Shown: positions 27,188 to 34,585, counted from the first letter of the stretch. The stretch is DNA of 64,000 bases from an uncultured virus (IMG/VR IMGVR_UViG_3300018475_000128) (IMGVR_UViG_3300018475_000128), one strand, 5' to 3'. The notes: generated by a model not told the origin, from the sequence alone. A program made the numbers and translations.

Positions 27188-27213
27188 TCATAATACACCT
27201 TGTTATTTTCGCG
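27188..27213 (-). promoter_or_regulatory. cassette promoter motif copy 6
   Basis: CGCG AAAATA ACA AGGTG TATTAT GA. Confidence 0.7.
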
Positions 27214-27261
27214 AATTTTGCAGTCTTGCTATAGTAAAAAAGAAAGAGCCCTTGTTAGGAC

Positions 27262-27426
27262 TCATTTCTTCCGTTTGAATAACTTAACGAGTAATGCAAT
27301 GACTAATCCGCATATGATCACATCACCAAACGCAACGATAAATCCTGCGCCACACATCAATGTGATGACTGCAGCTACAATCGCTACTGCCAGTAATATA
27401 ACCATTAATACGCTTAAAGTAATCAT
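27262..27426 (-). CDS. 54-aa highly hydrophobic cassette payload
   Basis: MITLSVLMVILLAVAIVAAVITLM...; GGAGG RBS. Confidence 0.6.
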   Translation of the reverse strand: MITLSVLMVILLAVAIVAAVITLMCGAGFIVAFGDVIICGLVIALLVKLFKRKK

Positions 27427-27452
27427 ATTAATAACCTCCAATTAATATTATT

Positions 27453-27478
27453 CCATTACAGCAACTGTTTTTTTCGCG
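27453..27478 (-). promoter_or_regulatory. cassette promoter motif copy 7
   Basis: CGCG AAAAAA ACA GTTGC TGTAAT GG. Confidence 0.65.
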
Positions 27479-27524
27479 AAGTTGAGAATCAAAAGAAAAA
27501 GAGTCTCTGCTGAGACCCCTCTCT

Positions 27525-27734
27525 TTAATACCACACACCAGTTTCGATGAATGTCATGTCGTGATTAATTCCTGATTTTACACCATACGCAAATACACGT
27601 AAGCCAAGTGTAATTGATTTGAATATAATTATGTTTACAATAGGTAATATAATTATTCCTAATACAATCACAGGTGACCATAACAATGCATATACAATAT
27701 AGCCTAAAATTCTAATGAATTTCTCAACAGTCAT
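27525..27734 (-). CDS. small membrane protein (cassette payload)
   Basis: hydrophobic 69 aa; GGAGG RBS; terminator 27490-27523. Confidence 0.6.
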   Translation of the reverse strand: MTVEKFIRILGYIVYALLWSPVIVLGIIILPIVNIIIFKSITLGLRVFAYGVKSGINHDMTFIETGVWY

Positions 27735-27761
27735 GATAATTACCTCCGTTTGATGTATTTC

Positions 27762-27787
27762 TCATAATAGAGGCTGTTTATTCCGCG
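27762..27787 (-). promoter_or_regulatory. cassette promoter motif copy 8
   Basis: CGCG GAATAA ACA GCCTC TATTAT GA. Confidence 0.65.
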
Positions 27788-27801
27788 AAAGGTGATGAAG
27801 T

Positions 27802-28161
27802 CTATATATTTTTTCTATCGAAGCACGTTTCCCAACGTTCTTTTGGTAGTGGTTTCATCTTTAAAGCCCACATCAATTGTCTAATTGTAATAGTTGGATA
27901 TATACCATTCGTATCCTCACCAGAACGTTCCTCAAACAGATCTTTAAAATTCGGATGTAGATACAAACTATCAGTTAACCACGGATCAATTTCACTCCAC
28001 CAGGTTTGCTTTGTATGAGAATTAAATCTCTGTTGTATCACCGCTAAACCTCGACTATCCATTTTGAATAAAGTGCAGGTATCATAAGCTGGGTGATCAC
28101 ATATATGTATATTACCGTACATAGACGAATAAAAAGCTGGTTTTTCATAATGATAACGCAT
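27802..28161 (-). CDS. conserved phage hypothetical protein
   Basis: MRYHYEKP...CDHP...CTL...GLAVIQQRF; RBS GAGGTG. Confidence 0.6.
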   Translation of the reverse strand: MRYHYEKPAFYSSMYGNIHICDHPAYDTCTLFKMDSRGLAVIQQRFNSHTKQTWWSEIDPWLTDSLYLHPNFKDLFEERSGEDTNGIYPTITIRQLMWALKMKPLPKERWETCFDRKNI

Positions 28162-28212
28162 AGATCACCTCTAAAAATAGAAAAGGAAAAGCCCCTGAGG
28201 GCTCCCCTTCGG

Positions 28213-28281
28213 TCACTTTTTCAAGTTTGTAATTCCCATGATAATAAGCATTACTCCAAGACCAATCATTACTGCGGCCAT
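28213..28281 (-). CDS. 22-aa single-TM peptide (cassette payload)
   Basis: MAAVMIGLGVMLIIMGITNLKK with GGAGG RBS, promoter motif and terminator. Confidence 0.5.
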   Translation of the reverse strand: MAAVMIGLGVMLIIMGITNLKK

Positions 28282-28326
28282 AATAGTTCCTCCCTTATAA
28301 TCACAAAATTGTTTTATGAATAGTTT

Positions 28327-28352
28327 CCATAATACAACTAGTTTTTCACGCG
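28327..28352 (-). promoter_or_regulatory. cassette promoter motif copy 9
   Basis: CGCG TGAAAA ACT AGTTG TATTAT GG. Confidence 0.65.
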
Positions 28353-28412
28353 AATAGGGAGAAAAAAGAAAGAGGTTGCGTTTCCACAACCCCAAACTTT
28401 GGTTCATCGTTC

Positions 28413-28805
28413 TTACTTCTTAGGAAGCAACTTGTTAATGAAACCTCGTCCCATTATTGTCGTGAATGTTCCCTCTTCTTCGAACTTCAGCGAAACCTTC
28501 GTGCCCCAGATAGTAAGTGCAATCGGTAATACGATACCAGCCGTGCTAATAAGGTTCTTGATCAATCGATCTTTTTTCTCGTCTTCCATCTGCTGCTTAC
28601 GCATAAGCTGTTCACTCTCAAGAGTTGCAGCCTTGTGTTTGCTTTCGATTTCGACTTTTTCAATCTCGATCGCTCTGTCCATTAGCTTAGTTAGTTCGTC
28701 TAACGCTGCCTTACGCTCATCTGAGCCAAGATCAGTCTCACTAAGCGTCGTAAAATCGGTCTCCATCGCATCGTACAATAGTGTTTCAACGTTTACACTA
28801 CTCAT
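28413..28805 (-). CDS. coiled-coil protein with C-terminal TM (cassette payload)
   Basis: 130 aa; AGIVLPIALTIW; KFEEEGT. Confidence 0.6.
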   Translation of the reverse strand: MSSVNVETLLYDAMETDFTTLSETDLGSDERKAALDELTKLMDRAIEIEKVEIESKHKAATLESEQLMRKQQMEDEKKDRLIKNLISTAGIVLPIALTIWGTKVSLKFEEEGTFTTIMGRGFINKLLPKK

Positions 28806-28842
28806 AAGATCGTCCCCTTTCGATTTTGTCGAACTTAATGTT

Positions 28843-28868
28843 CCATAATAGCAATTGTTATTCATGCG
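28843..28868 (-). promoter_or_regulatory. cassette promoter motif copy 10
   Basis: CGCA TGAATA ACA ATTGC TATTAT GG. Confidence 0.65.
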
Positions 28869-29118
28869 AATTCTTCAAAAGCACATTAATGTCAAGTGTT
28901 ACGTATTTTCTCGTCGTAACATCCCTAACCGGAACACCAAGTCCTAAAAATATGCCTGGTTCAAACTCCGGATCGCTACAATCTATATTAAGCGTTCCTT
29001 GTGTGTATTGCGTATCACGTAGATATCGGCGCTCGGCTATCTTTTTACCAATTAGCAAACCTACTACAACACCGATAATAGTCATGATAACAATAAGTAC
29101 TATAAATCCCGTCTCCAT
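28858..29118 (-). CDS. small membrane-anchored protein
   Basis: N-terminal TM; GTLNID...P.IFL. Confidence 0.6.
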   Translation of the reverse strand: METGFIVLIVIMTIIGVVVGLLIGKKIAERRYLRDTQYTQGTLNIDCSDPEFEPGIFLGLGVPVRDVTTRKYVTLDINVLLKNSHE

Positions 29119-29296
29119 TTTGATCTCCTTTCAAATGATTTTTTCAAAAGTCTCCCCCGGGATTTTTTCACAATACAAAAATAGCATGTATTACGGTCAC
29201 CTACGTACGGGAGATTAAATCTAGATTAAAATACGTTAACCTAAAATAAAAAAGCAAAGGCGTTATGCCTTTACCTTTGAGAATTATTAGAACTTA

Positions 29297-29422
29297 TTAT
29301 CGTTTACTTAATTTGTCTTCAAGCCATACTTCATATGGTATAACACGTCCATCTTCACCAATTACGTACTGAGTTTCTTCTTTATGTTCAGTTTCATTTG
29401 TTTTAATGTTTTTATCATCCAT
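29297..29422 (-). CDS. 41-aa acidic cassette payload
   Basis: GGAGG RBS; promoter motif upstream; terminator ~29245-29271. Confidence 0.45.
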   Translation of the reverse strand: MDDKNIKTNETEHKEETQYVIGEDGRVIPYEVWLEDKLSKR

Positions 29423-29471
29423 AATAAATACCTCCAAATAATTTTAAATATAGTTTTAGTTCTATATCTTC

Positions 29472-29497
29472 TCATAATATTAATTGTTTTTTACGCG
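29472..29497 (-). promoter_or_regulatory. cassette promoter motif copy 11
   Basis: CGCG TAAAAA ACA ATTAA TATTAT GA; overlaps the stop of 29491..29721. Confidence 0.65.
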
Positions 29498-29721
29498 TCT
29501 TCTTTCAACAGATAATGATAGTATTCCAGTTCGATTGCTATATTCATTAGCTGTTGAGCGGTTCGTTTAGTATCATTAATAGTCTCTTCCAGACTAACCA
29601 TATCAAACGCATTGACGTCATTCCAGATTTGATCCACGTCGTCCTTTAATAAATTTACGAGTCCTTTAGCTAATCTAGCCTTGCTTCGCACAACTATTTT
29701 AAGTTCATTATCATTCATCAA
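29491..29721 (-). CDS. hypothetical protein
   Basis: 76-aa helical ORF. Confidence 0.5.
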   Translation of the reverse strand: MMNDNELKIVVRSKARLAKGLVNLLKDDVDQIWNDVNAFDMVSLEETINDTKRTAQQLMNIAIELEYYHYLLKEDA

Positions 29722-29732
29722 TATACAGCTCC

Positions 29733-30152
29733 TTAACCTCTTACCTTATTTAATAACCAAAAGAATTTTCTATAGCGGTCGTAATACATGTCTTTTCCGC
29801 ATGGTATATCAAACTTTGTTTTTAAATATGTATATGAAAGATTCTCGGTTACAGCTTTTAATATGTACTGCCATAAGTAGTCGTCCGCTTCTCGAGCAAT
29901 ATTTTCAATCATTTCAATTCGCTCAGTGAGTTGAGCTTTAGCCATTGCTCGTGTTGCTGTTGGATCACCAGGTAAATTACTCGTTGGTATCCTATCAATT
30001 GATGAAACTGCGATTCCAACATTGTTAAGCTCCACGTATGTCTTTTTCCATGTTGGATACTGTAAACAGAAATGCTTTAATTCATAGTGTCGATGTTTAT
30101 CTATGTAATACTTATTTTTTGTTGAAACTTCTGGACGTATTACTGTTGCCAT
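29733..30152 (-). CDS. putative RinA/ArpU-like transcriptional activator
   Basis: ELKHFCLQY...DPT...sigma region 4-like C-terminal helices (YYDRYRKFFWLL). Confidence 0.5.
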   Translation of the reverse strand: MATVIRPEVSTKNKYYIDKHRHYELKHFCLQYPTWKKTYVELNNVGIAVSSIDRIPTSNLPGDPTATRAMAKAQLTERIEMIENIAREADDYLWQYILKAVTENLSYTYLKTKFDIPCGKDMYYDRYRKFFWLLNKVRG

Positions 30153-30272
30153 TTTGTTTTTCTCCCTTGATACGTTTTTTATATGCTAAAGCGTATACAC
30201 TGTCAAATTTGGTAGGTATACGCACTCCTTCAATACTTTTACGTATTGTACCGTCACTCATATGGTGTATAA

Positions 30273-30497
30273 TCATTCACGCACCTCCCGACTATGACTC
30301 ATAAAATAGAAACCAAAATTGCAATCACTTATTCCTAAAAGAGTCTGAATTTTATCAGCTTCACCAAGCGTGATTGGGAGTTCGCCATTTATCTTTAGTA
30401 ATGCGCTGGAATATGATTTACCCAGGCATAAAGCAATGTCTTTTATTCCTAAGTCTTTATCTATAAGTAATTTCTTAATTTCTTTTGTGTTTATCAT
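30273..30497 (-). CDS. Cro-like XRE HTH protein
   Basis: IKDIALCLGKS...KING...TLGEA; divergent from repressor. Confidence 0.75.
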   Translation of the reverse strand: MINTKEIKKLLIDKDLGIKDIALCLGKSYSSALLKINGELPITLGEADKIQTLLGISDCNFGFYFMSHSREVRE

Positions 30498-30520
30498 TAT
30501 GCGTCACCTCGTATCAAATG

Positions 30521-30625
30521 TTGTAGCGTTATGCGACAATTAGTATAATAATCACTATATGTGAGAAAACTTAGAATAAAGAATGAAAGTCGCGTGACGT
30601 TTATAATAAATTCGCATTACGCGAA
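30521..30625. promoter_or_regulatory. candidate operators in the cI/cro intergenic region
   Basis: imperfect palindromes TTGTAGCGTTATGCGACAA (30521-30539) and TTCGCATTACGCGAA (30611-30625). Confidence 0.55.
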
Positions 30626-30658
30626 AAATTAGCTTATAATAAACATGGAGGTGAATAT

Positions 30659-31051
30659 ATGAAGAACGAAGAAATAGGCAAGCGAATACAGCAACGTCGC
30701 AAAGCCTTGAATATATCTGTAGTAGACATAGCTACTTATACGGGATTGAGTAAGGCTACTATACACAGATATGAAAACGGAGACATAAGAAATATTAAGT
30801 TGCCGGTGGTGGAGACTATAGCCACCATTTTGAATGTGAACCCGTTGTGGCTCATAGGCAAGAGCGAAAACATGGAGCGTACGGACGGTAAGACACATGA
30901 TATATGTGAAGCTATCAACCAATTAATAATATTCATATTGGAAGAACCACGTCTTGTATGCGGCAAACGTATTGTCTCTGAGACTGAGAAACAAATGGTG
31001 ATGAATACCCTACAGCTGGCAATAGACATCGTAGATAAAGGGGATAGGTAG
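30659..31051 (+). CDS. CI-like XRE repressor
   Basis: IGKRIQQRRKALNIS...GLSKATIHRYENG...LNVNPLWLIG. Confidence 0.85.
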   Translation: MKNEEIGKRIQQRRKALNISVVDIATYTGLSKATIHRYENGDIRNIKLPVVETIATILNVNPLWLIGKSENMERTDGKTHDICEAINQLIIFILEEPRLVCGKRIVSETEKQMVMNTLQLAIDIVDKGDR

Positions 31052-31053
31052 AA

Positions 31054-32544
31054 ATGACTAACAGACAAAGAAGAGAAATGAATAGAAAAGAACTTGCGGA
31101 AAAACGAAGTGCGGCTAAGAAACGAATAGCATTATATCCAAGGGTATCAACATTAGAGCAGGCTCGAGACGGTTATTCCATTAATGAACAAGTTGATCGT
31201 ATGAAACTGTATTGCGAAGCTCATGGTTGGGAAGTCCATAAAATATACACAGATGCTGGTTACTCAGGAGCTGATACGAATCGTCCTGGCTTACAGGAGC
31301 TAATTAAGGATGCTGAAAACGGTCGTTTCGATGCGGTATTGGTATATAAGCTTGATCGACTATCACGTTCGCAGAAAGATACTCTAACACTTATTGAAGA
31401 CGTATTCTTGCCAAATGGCGTAGACTTCATCAGTATGACAGAGAATCTTGATACAAGCACACCCTTCGGGAGAGCGATGGTAGGAATTCTAAGTGTCTTC
31501 GCTCAACTTGAGAGGGAGCAGATTAAAGAGCGTATGGAAGTTGGTAAAGTTGGTAGAGCAAAAAGTGGTCGCTGGTGTGGCAGTCCTTGTACACCTTATG
31601 GCTATGATATGGTAAACGGAGAACTTGAAATTAACGAATATGAAGCAACTCAGGTCAAAGAAATGTTCCGTCTGTTCAATCTAAGGTTGTCCCAACGACA
31701 AATAGCTAATATATTACACAAAAAAGGTTACACAAGTAAGAACGGCGTTACATGGGAAGGTAAGCATCATTTGAGAGATATGCTAGAAAATAAGCATTAT
31801 ATCGGTATGGTGTCGTATAAGGACGAGTGGTATGAAGGAATTCACACAGCAATCATAGACGATGAAACATTTGAGAAAGCCCAACAAATATTAGAAGAAC
31901 GAGACAGAGAGGTCGAAGCCCGCGAACCGAGAATAAATTCAATTATTGCAGGCATGGTTAATTGTGATCAATGCGATAATAAGTATTTTTATAGATTGGC
32001 TAGATCTGGAACTAAAGAGTGGGGTTATTATACCTGTTACAAACGTACTGCTAACACTGGTAAATGGAAGAATATACCCCGAGACCAACGCTGTACAAAT
32101 AAGAATTGGAAATCTGCTGATCTAGAGGAAAAAGTTTTAGGCGAAATTAGAAAACTAGCACTACACCCTGACGATTTCGAGATAGAGACGTTCGAGGATG
32201 ATACTTCCGCAAAAATAAAAGTACTTGCAAAACGTATTAAAACGATAGAATCACAAATTAGTAAATTAATGGACTTGTATTCAATAGGTGGTATAGATTT
32301 CGAAGCGGTACAAGATAAGATTAAACCGTTGGCTGCTGAAAAAGAAAGTCTTACTGATGAGATTAGTCACTTGGAAAACACTCAAGAAAAGATGGCTAGA
32401 GAAGATGCTGTTGAGATTGCGTTGAGTTTATGCGACGTGCTTGACGAAGGTGATATGGACGAGGTCAAATTCCTTATCCGAGAATTAATAGAGAAAATAT
32501 CAATAGATGGCGAAGTAATCCATATCCATTGGAAATTCGCTTAA
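31054..32544 (+). CDS. large serine integrase
   Basis: YPRVST, DAGYSG...RPGL, VYKLDRLSR, AQLERE, PYGY, Zn ribbon CDQC/YYTC...C, coiled coil. Confidence 0.95.
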   Translation: MTNRQRREMNRKELAEKRSAAKKRIALYPRVSTLEQARDGYSINEQVDRMKLYCEAHGWEVHKIYTDAGYSGADTNRPGLQELIKDAENGRFDAVLVYKLDRLSRSQKDTLTLIEDVFLPNGVDFISMTENLDTSTPFGRAMVGILSVFAQLEREQIKERMEVGKVGRAKSGRWCGSPCTPYGYDMVNGELEINEYEATQVKEMFRLFNLRLSQRQIANILHKKGYTSKNGVTWEGKHHLRDMLENKHYIGMVSYKDEWYEGIHTAIIDDETFEKAQQILEERDREVEAREPRINSIIAGMVNCDQCDNKYFYRLARSGTKEWGYYTCYKRTANTGKWKNIPRDQRCTNKNWKSADLEEKVLGEIRKLALHPDDFEIETFEDDTSAKIKVLAKRIKTIESQISKLMDLYSIGGIDFEAVQDKIKPLAAEKESLTDEISHLENTQEKMAREDAVEIALSLCDVLDEGDMDEVKFLIRELIEKISIDGEVIHIHWKFA

Positions 32545-32545
32545 G

Positions 32546-32576
32546 CCCCGGGCCCTGCCAGTAATGGCGGGGTTTC
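32546..32576 (+). terminator. hairpin after integrase
   Basis: GGCCCTGCCA-GTAA-TGGCGGGGTT followed by T-rich sequence. Confidence 0.55.
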
Positions 32577-32583
32577 ATTGTAT

Positions 32584-32631
32584 TTGTACATTAAGGGGTT
32601 CTGCTTAAAAGTAGACTAGCTTAATGTACAA
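32584..32631. other. candidate attP
   Basis: perfect 12-bp inverted repeat TTGTACATTAAG/CTTAATGTACAA around a 24-bp core, just downstream of the serine integrase. Confidence 0.65.
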
Positions 32632-32632
32632 G

Positions 32633-32668
32633 AAAAAGAAAAGGCCACGTCGTAGTGACGGAGCCTCT
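32633..32668 (-). terminator. terminator, near-identical copy of 34586-34622
   Basis: AAAAAGAAAAGGCC(AC/CT)GTCGTAGTGACGGAGCC direct repeat. Confidence 0.65.
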
Positions 32669-32673
32669 TACTT

Positions 32674-32880
32674 TTAGTTGACATGCAAATCAAGCCAGTC
32701 TGTTACTTCTCCCTTTTCGTCACAAATATTGACATTTGCTTCGGTTAAACAAGGATCTACAACAACTAACTCACCTTTTTTATACTTCTCACGTATTTCT
32801 TCGTAAGCATTGTCGAGATCGCTTACCTCAACCTCAAATGTTTGACTTATGACTTCTTCAATAATAACTTTTACTTTCAT
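32674..32880 (-). CDS. DpnD/PcfM-like small protein (cassette payload)
   Basis: MKVKVIIEEVISQTFEVEV...AYEEIREKYKKGELVV. Confidence 0.55.
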   Translation of the reverse strand: MKVKVIIEEVISQTFEVEVSDLDNAYEEIREKYKKGELVVVDPCLTEANVNICDEKGEVTDWLDLHVN

Positions 32881-32895
32881 GATTTACATCTCCTT

Positions 32896-32921
32896 TCACT
32901 ATAGTCACTGTTAATCTCGCG
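32896..32921 (-). promoter_or_regulatory. cassette promoter motif copy 12
   Basis: CGCG AGATTA ACA GTGAC TATAGT GA. Confidence 0.6.
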
Positions 32922-32934
32922 AGAAAACGAAAAA

Positions 32935-33058
32935 GGAATAGTGTGAGATTCTAACTCACGACGTTGAGGTAACCCTCTTATCCTTCCATTAGGACTAACC
33001 GTCTTAACTATTCCAGAAGCTTGCTCCGATACTTTACGTACGGGAGTAGTTCTTCCTT
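32935..33058 (-). ncRNA. tRNA-like ncRNA (cassette payload)
   Basis: GGAATAGT/ACTATTCC closing stem, D-like GTCC-TAATGGAA-GGAT, GAGG-GTTA-CCTC, T-like GTGAG-TTAGAAT-CTCAC, then T run. Confidence 0.55.
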
Positions 33059-33084
33059 CCATAACAGTACATGTTTATGATGCG
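33059..33084 (-). promoter_or_regulatory. cassette promoter motif copy 13
   Basis: CGCA TCATAA ACA TGTAC TGTTAT GG. Confidence 0.65.
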
Positions 33085-33109
33085 AATACAACTCCATTTT
33101 GAATTGTAG

Positions 33110-33220
33110 AAAAGAAAAAGAAAATGTCTTGAGTTTGTCTCTTTCATCTGGAGTTGAACCAGACCCAGTTAATCTTTCGATCTTTCGATCTGCAACCTAC
33201 CAACCCGGGTTCCATTTTCC
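33110..33220 (-). ncRNA. candidate ncRNA with T-arm-like hairpin (cassette payload)
   Basis: GAAAATG/CATTTTC ends, AACC-CGGGTTGGTA-GGTT, GATC-GAAA-GATC, TCTGG-TTCAACT-CCAGA, T run. Confidence 0.5.
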
Positions 33221-33245
33221 CATAATATTAAATGTTTCTACCGCG
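33220..33245 (-). promoter_or_regulatory. cassette promoter motif copy 14
   Basis: CGCG GTAGAA ACA TTTAA TATTAT GG. Confidence 0.65.
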
Positions 33246-33294
33246 TAAAAAGAAAAGGGCTTGAAAGCCCCAAACTTAATTCGGAAATATAAAC

Positions 33295-33624
33295 CTAATT
33301 AGTAATTTGTTTAATAGTGTCTACTTTATAACGATCAAGCATATTAGAATTAACCACTTCGATAACTGCTTTGTAGTAATCTTCGTTTTGGTCTTTCTGT
33401 ACAACTTCAACCGTATCCTTTTTGTAAGAATCCAGCATGTTACTACCCATGATAGCTTTGATAGCTTCGCTATAACTAGCTTTCACTCTCAAACTCTTCA
33501 CTGAGTTAATGCTATTATCTACATTAGGAACAATTAAAGCTAGACATGATAAACCGCAAAGAATCGCTTTACCAGTCCCTATGATAATTCTACCAACCTG
33601 ATCTTTATTCATTTTGATACTCAT
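33295..33624 (-). CDS. hypothetical protein with internal repeat (cassette payload)
   Basis: YxxAIxxIxxSNMLDxYKxDT repeated twice. Confidence 0.6.
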   Translation of the reverse strand: MSIKMNKDQVGRIIIGTGKAILCGLSCLALIVPNVDNSINSVKSLRVKASYSEAIKAIMGSNMLDSYKKDTVEVVQKDQNEDYYKAVIEVVNSNMLDRYKVDTIKQITN

Positions 33625-33650
33625 TTAAATTACCTCCTTTAGATTCTATT

Positions 33651-33676
33651 CCATAATAGACAATGTTTATGTGGCG
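33651..33676 (-). promoter_or_regulatory. cassette promoter motif copy 15
   Basis: CGCC ACATAA ACA TTGTC TATTAT GG. Confidence 0.6.
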
Positions 33677-33707
33677 AAAAAAAAGAGCCCTTGTATAAGG
33701 ACTCAAC

Positions 33708-33914
33708 CTAATGCTCGAAGAATTCTACTACGTCCACAGGATCTTGAAATTCCTGTTTCTCAATAATATTCTTGAATGCTTCGTATTTTCTAGGTTTATT
33801 TTCCTCAATATACAAGATCTCATCTAATAAATGTCCGTAAAAACCGTTTGAATCTGCTAACATTTCAATTACATCAACTACTTCTTCAATATCATAGCCT
33901 TTTTTAACTTCCAT
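33708..33914 (-). CDS. small acidic protein (cassette payload)
   Basis: 68 aa, GGAGG RBS, own terminator. Confidence 0.6.
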   Translation of the reverse strand: MEVKKGYDIEEVVDVIEMLADSNGFYGHLLDEILYIEENKPRKYEAFKNIIEKQEFQDPVDVVEFFEH

Positions 33915-33942
33915 GTTAAACGCCTCCTAATAGGTTTTCCTT

Positions 33943-33968
33943 CCATAAAAGAGCCTGTTTATATCGCG
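33943..33968 (-). promoter_or_regulatory. cassette promoter motif copy 16
   Basis: CGCG ATATAA ACA GGCTC TTTTAT GG. Confidence 0.6.
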
Positions 33969-34005
33969 AAAAAACAAGAGACCTCGTGTGAGATCCCTCT
34001 TTTGG

Positions 34006-34215
34006 TTAGTAAACTCGTGTTCCATTCATCTGGTTTACAATAGATGTAAACTGATCTTCTTCACATAATATTGTGTAATTAACAAGTTTCACTCCATCGA
34101 TTTCAAATGTTTTAGTTCTATCCCAATCGTTTAATCCGATTCGAAATGTGTTTAAAACACTTTCCATTCTATTAGTGTCCTCTGCAACTACCAACATAGT
34201 AAATATCTTTTTCAT
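34006..34215 (-). CDS. small protein (cassette payload)
   Basis: 69 aa, AAGGAG RBS, own terminator. Confidence 0.6.
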   Translation of the reverse strand: MKKIFTMLVVAEDTNRMESVLNTFRIGLNDWDRTKTFEIDGVKLVNYTILCEEDQFTSIVNQMNGTRVY

Positions 34216-34251
34216 ATCTAATTCTCCTTATTAAATGTTTTTGAGTTTCTT

Positions 34252-34277
34252 CCATAAAAGAGAATGTAATTTTCGCG
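34252..34277 (-). promoter_or_regulatory. cassette promoter motif copy 17
   Basis: CGCG AAAATT ACA TTCTC TTTTAT GG. Confidence 0.6.
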
Positions 34278-34309
34278 AGGACAAAATAAAAAGAGCCTGC
34301 GTGAGGCCC

Positions 34310-34537
34310 TCATACTAACTCGTAAATAGCTTTCTCTAATAATTCATTATACGCAATAACCATTGAATCCATAAAGTCGGCATATTCCTCTTCAGTTGGC
34401 TCATCGCCATATAAAGCATCCAAACCCTCGTTCATAATACTAACGAGTTCTCGAACTACTTTATTCAAGCGATCTTCCAAACTCTCAGGAAAATCCTTCT
34501 TAGTTGGAAATTCATATACTTTACACATAAGAATCAT
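34310..34537 (-). CDS. small acidic protein (cassette payload)
   Basis: 75 aa, own terminator. Confidence 0.55.
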   Translation of the reverse strand: MILMCKVYEFPTKKDFPESLEDRLNKVVRELVSIMNEGLDALYGDEPTEEEYADFMDSMVIAYNELLEKAIYELV

Positions 34538-34552
34538 CCTTTCGCTATTTTC

Positions 34553-34578
34553 TCATAAAAGGACCTGTTTATGATGCG
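34553..34578 (-). promoter_or_regulatory. cassette promoter motif copy 18
   Basis: CGCA TCATAA ACA GGTCC TTTTAT GA. Confidence 0.6.
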
Positions 34579-34585
34579 AAAAGAT

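Noticed and set aside
886..29228. TTAAATCTAGATTA at 886-899 and 29215-29228
   Set aside because: Only two AT-rich copies; may be a regulatory site, but support is insufficient
33130..33160. hammerhead ribozyme (CAGATGA...AAAC)
   Set aside because: Core deviates from CUGANGA/GAAA and the required stems are absent
11160..33175. 8-9 nt complementarity (GATTAACTG/CAGTTAATC) between cassette RNAs and the loops of array units 2 and 4
   Set aside because: Too short and AT-rich to distinguish from chance without homolog covariation
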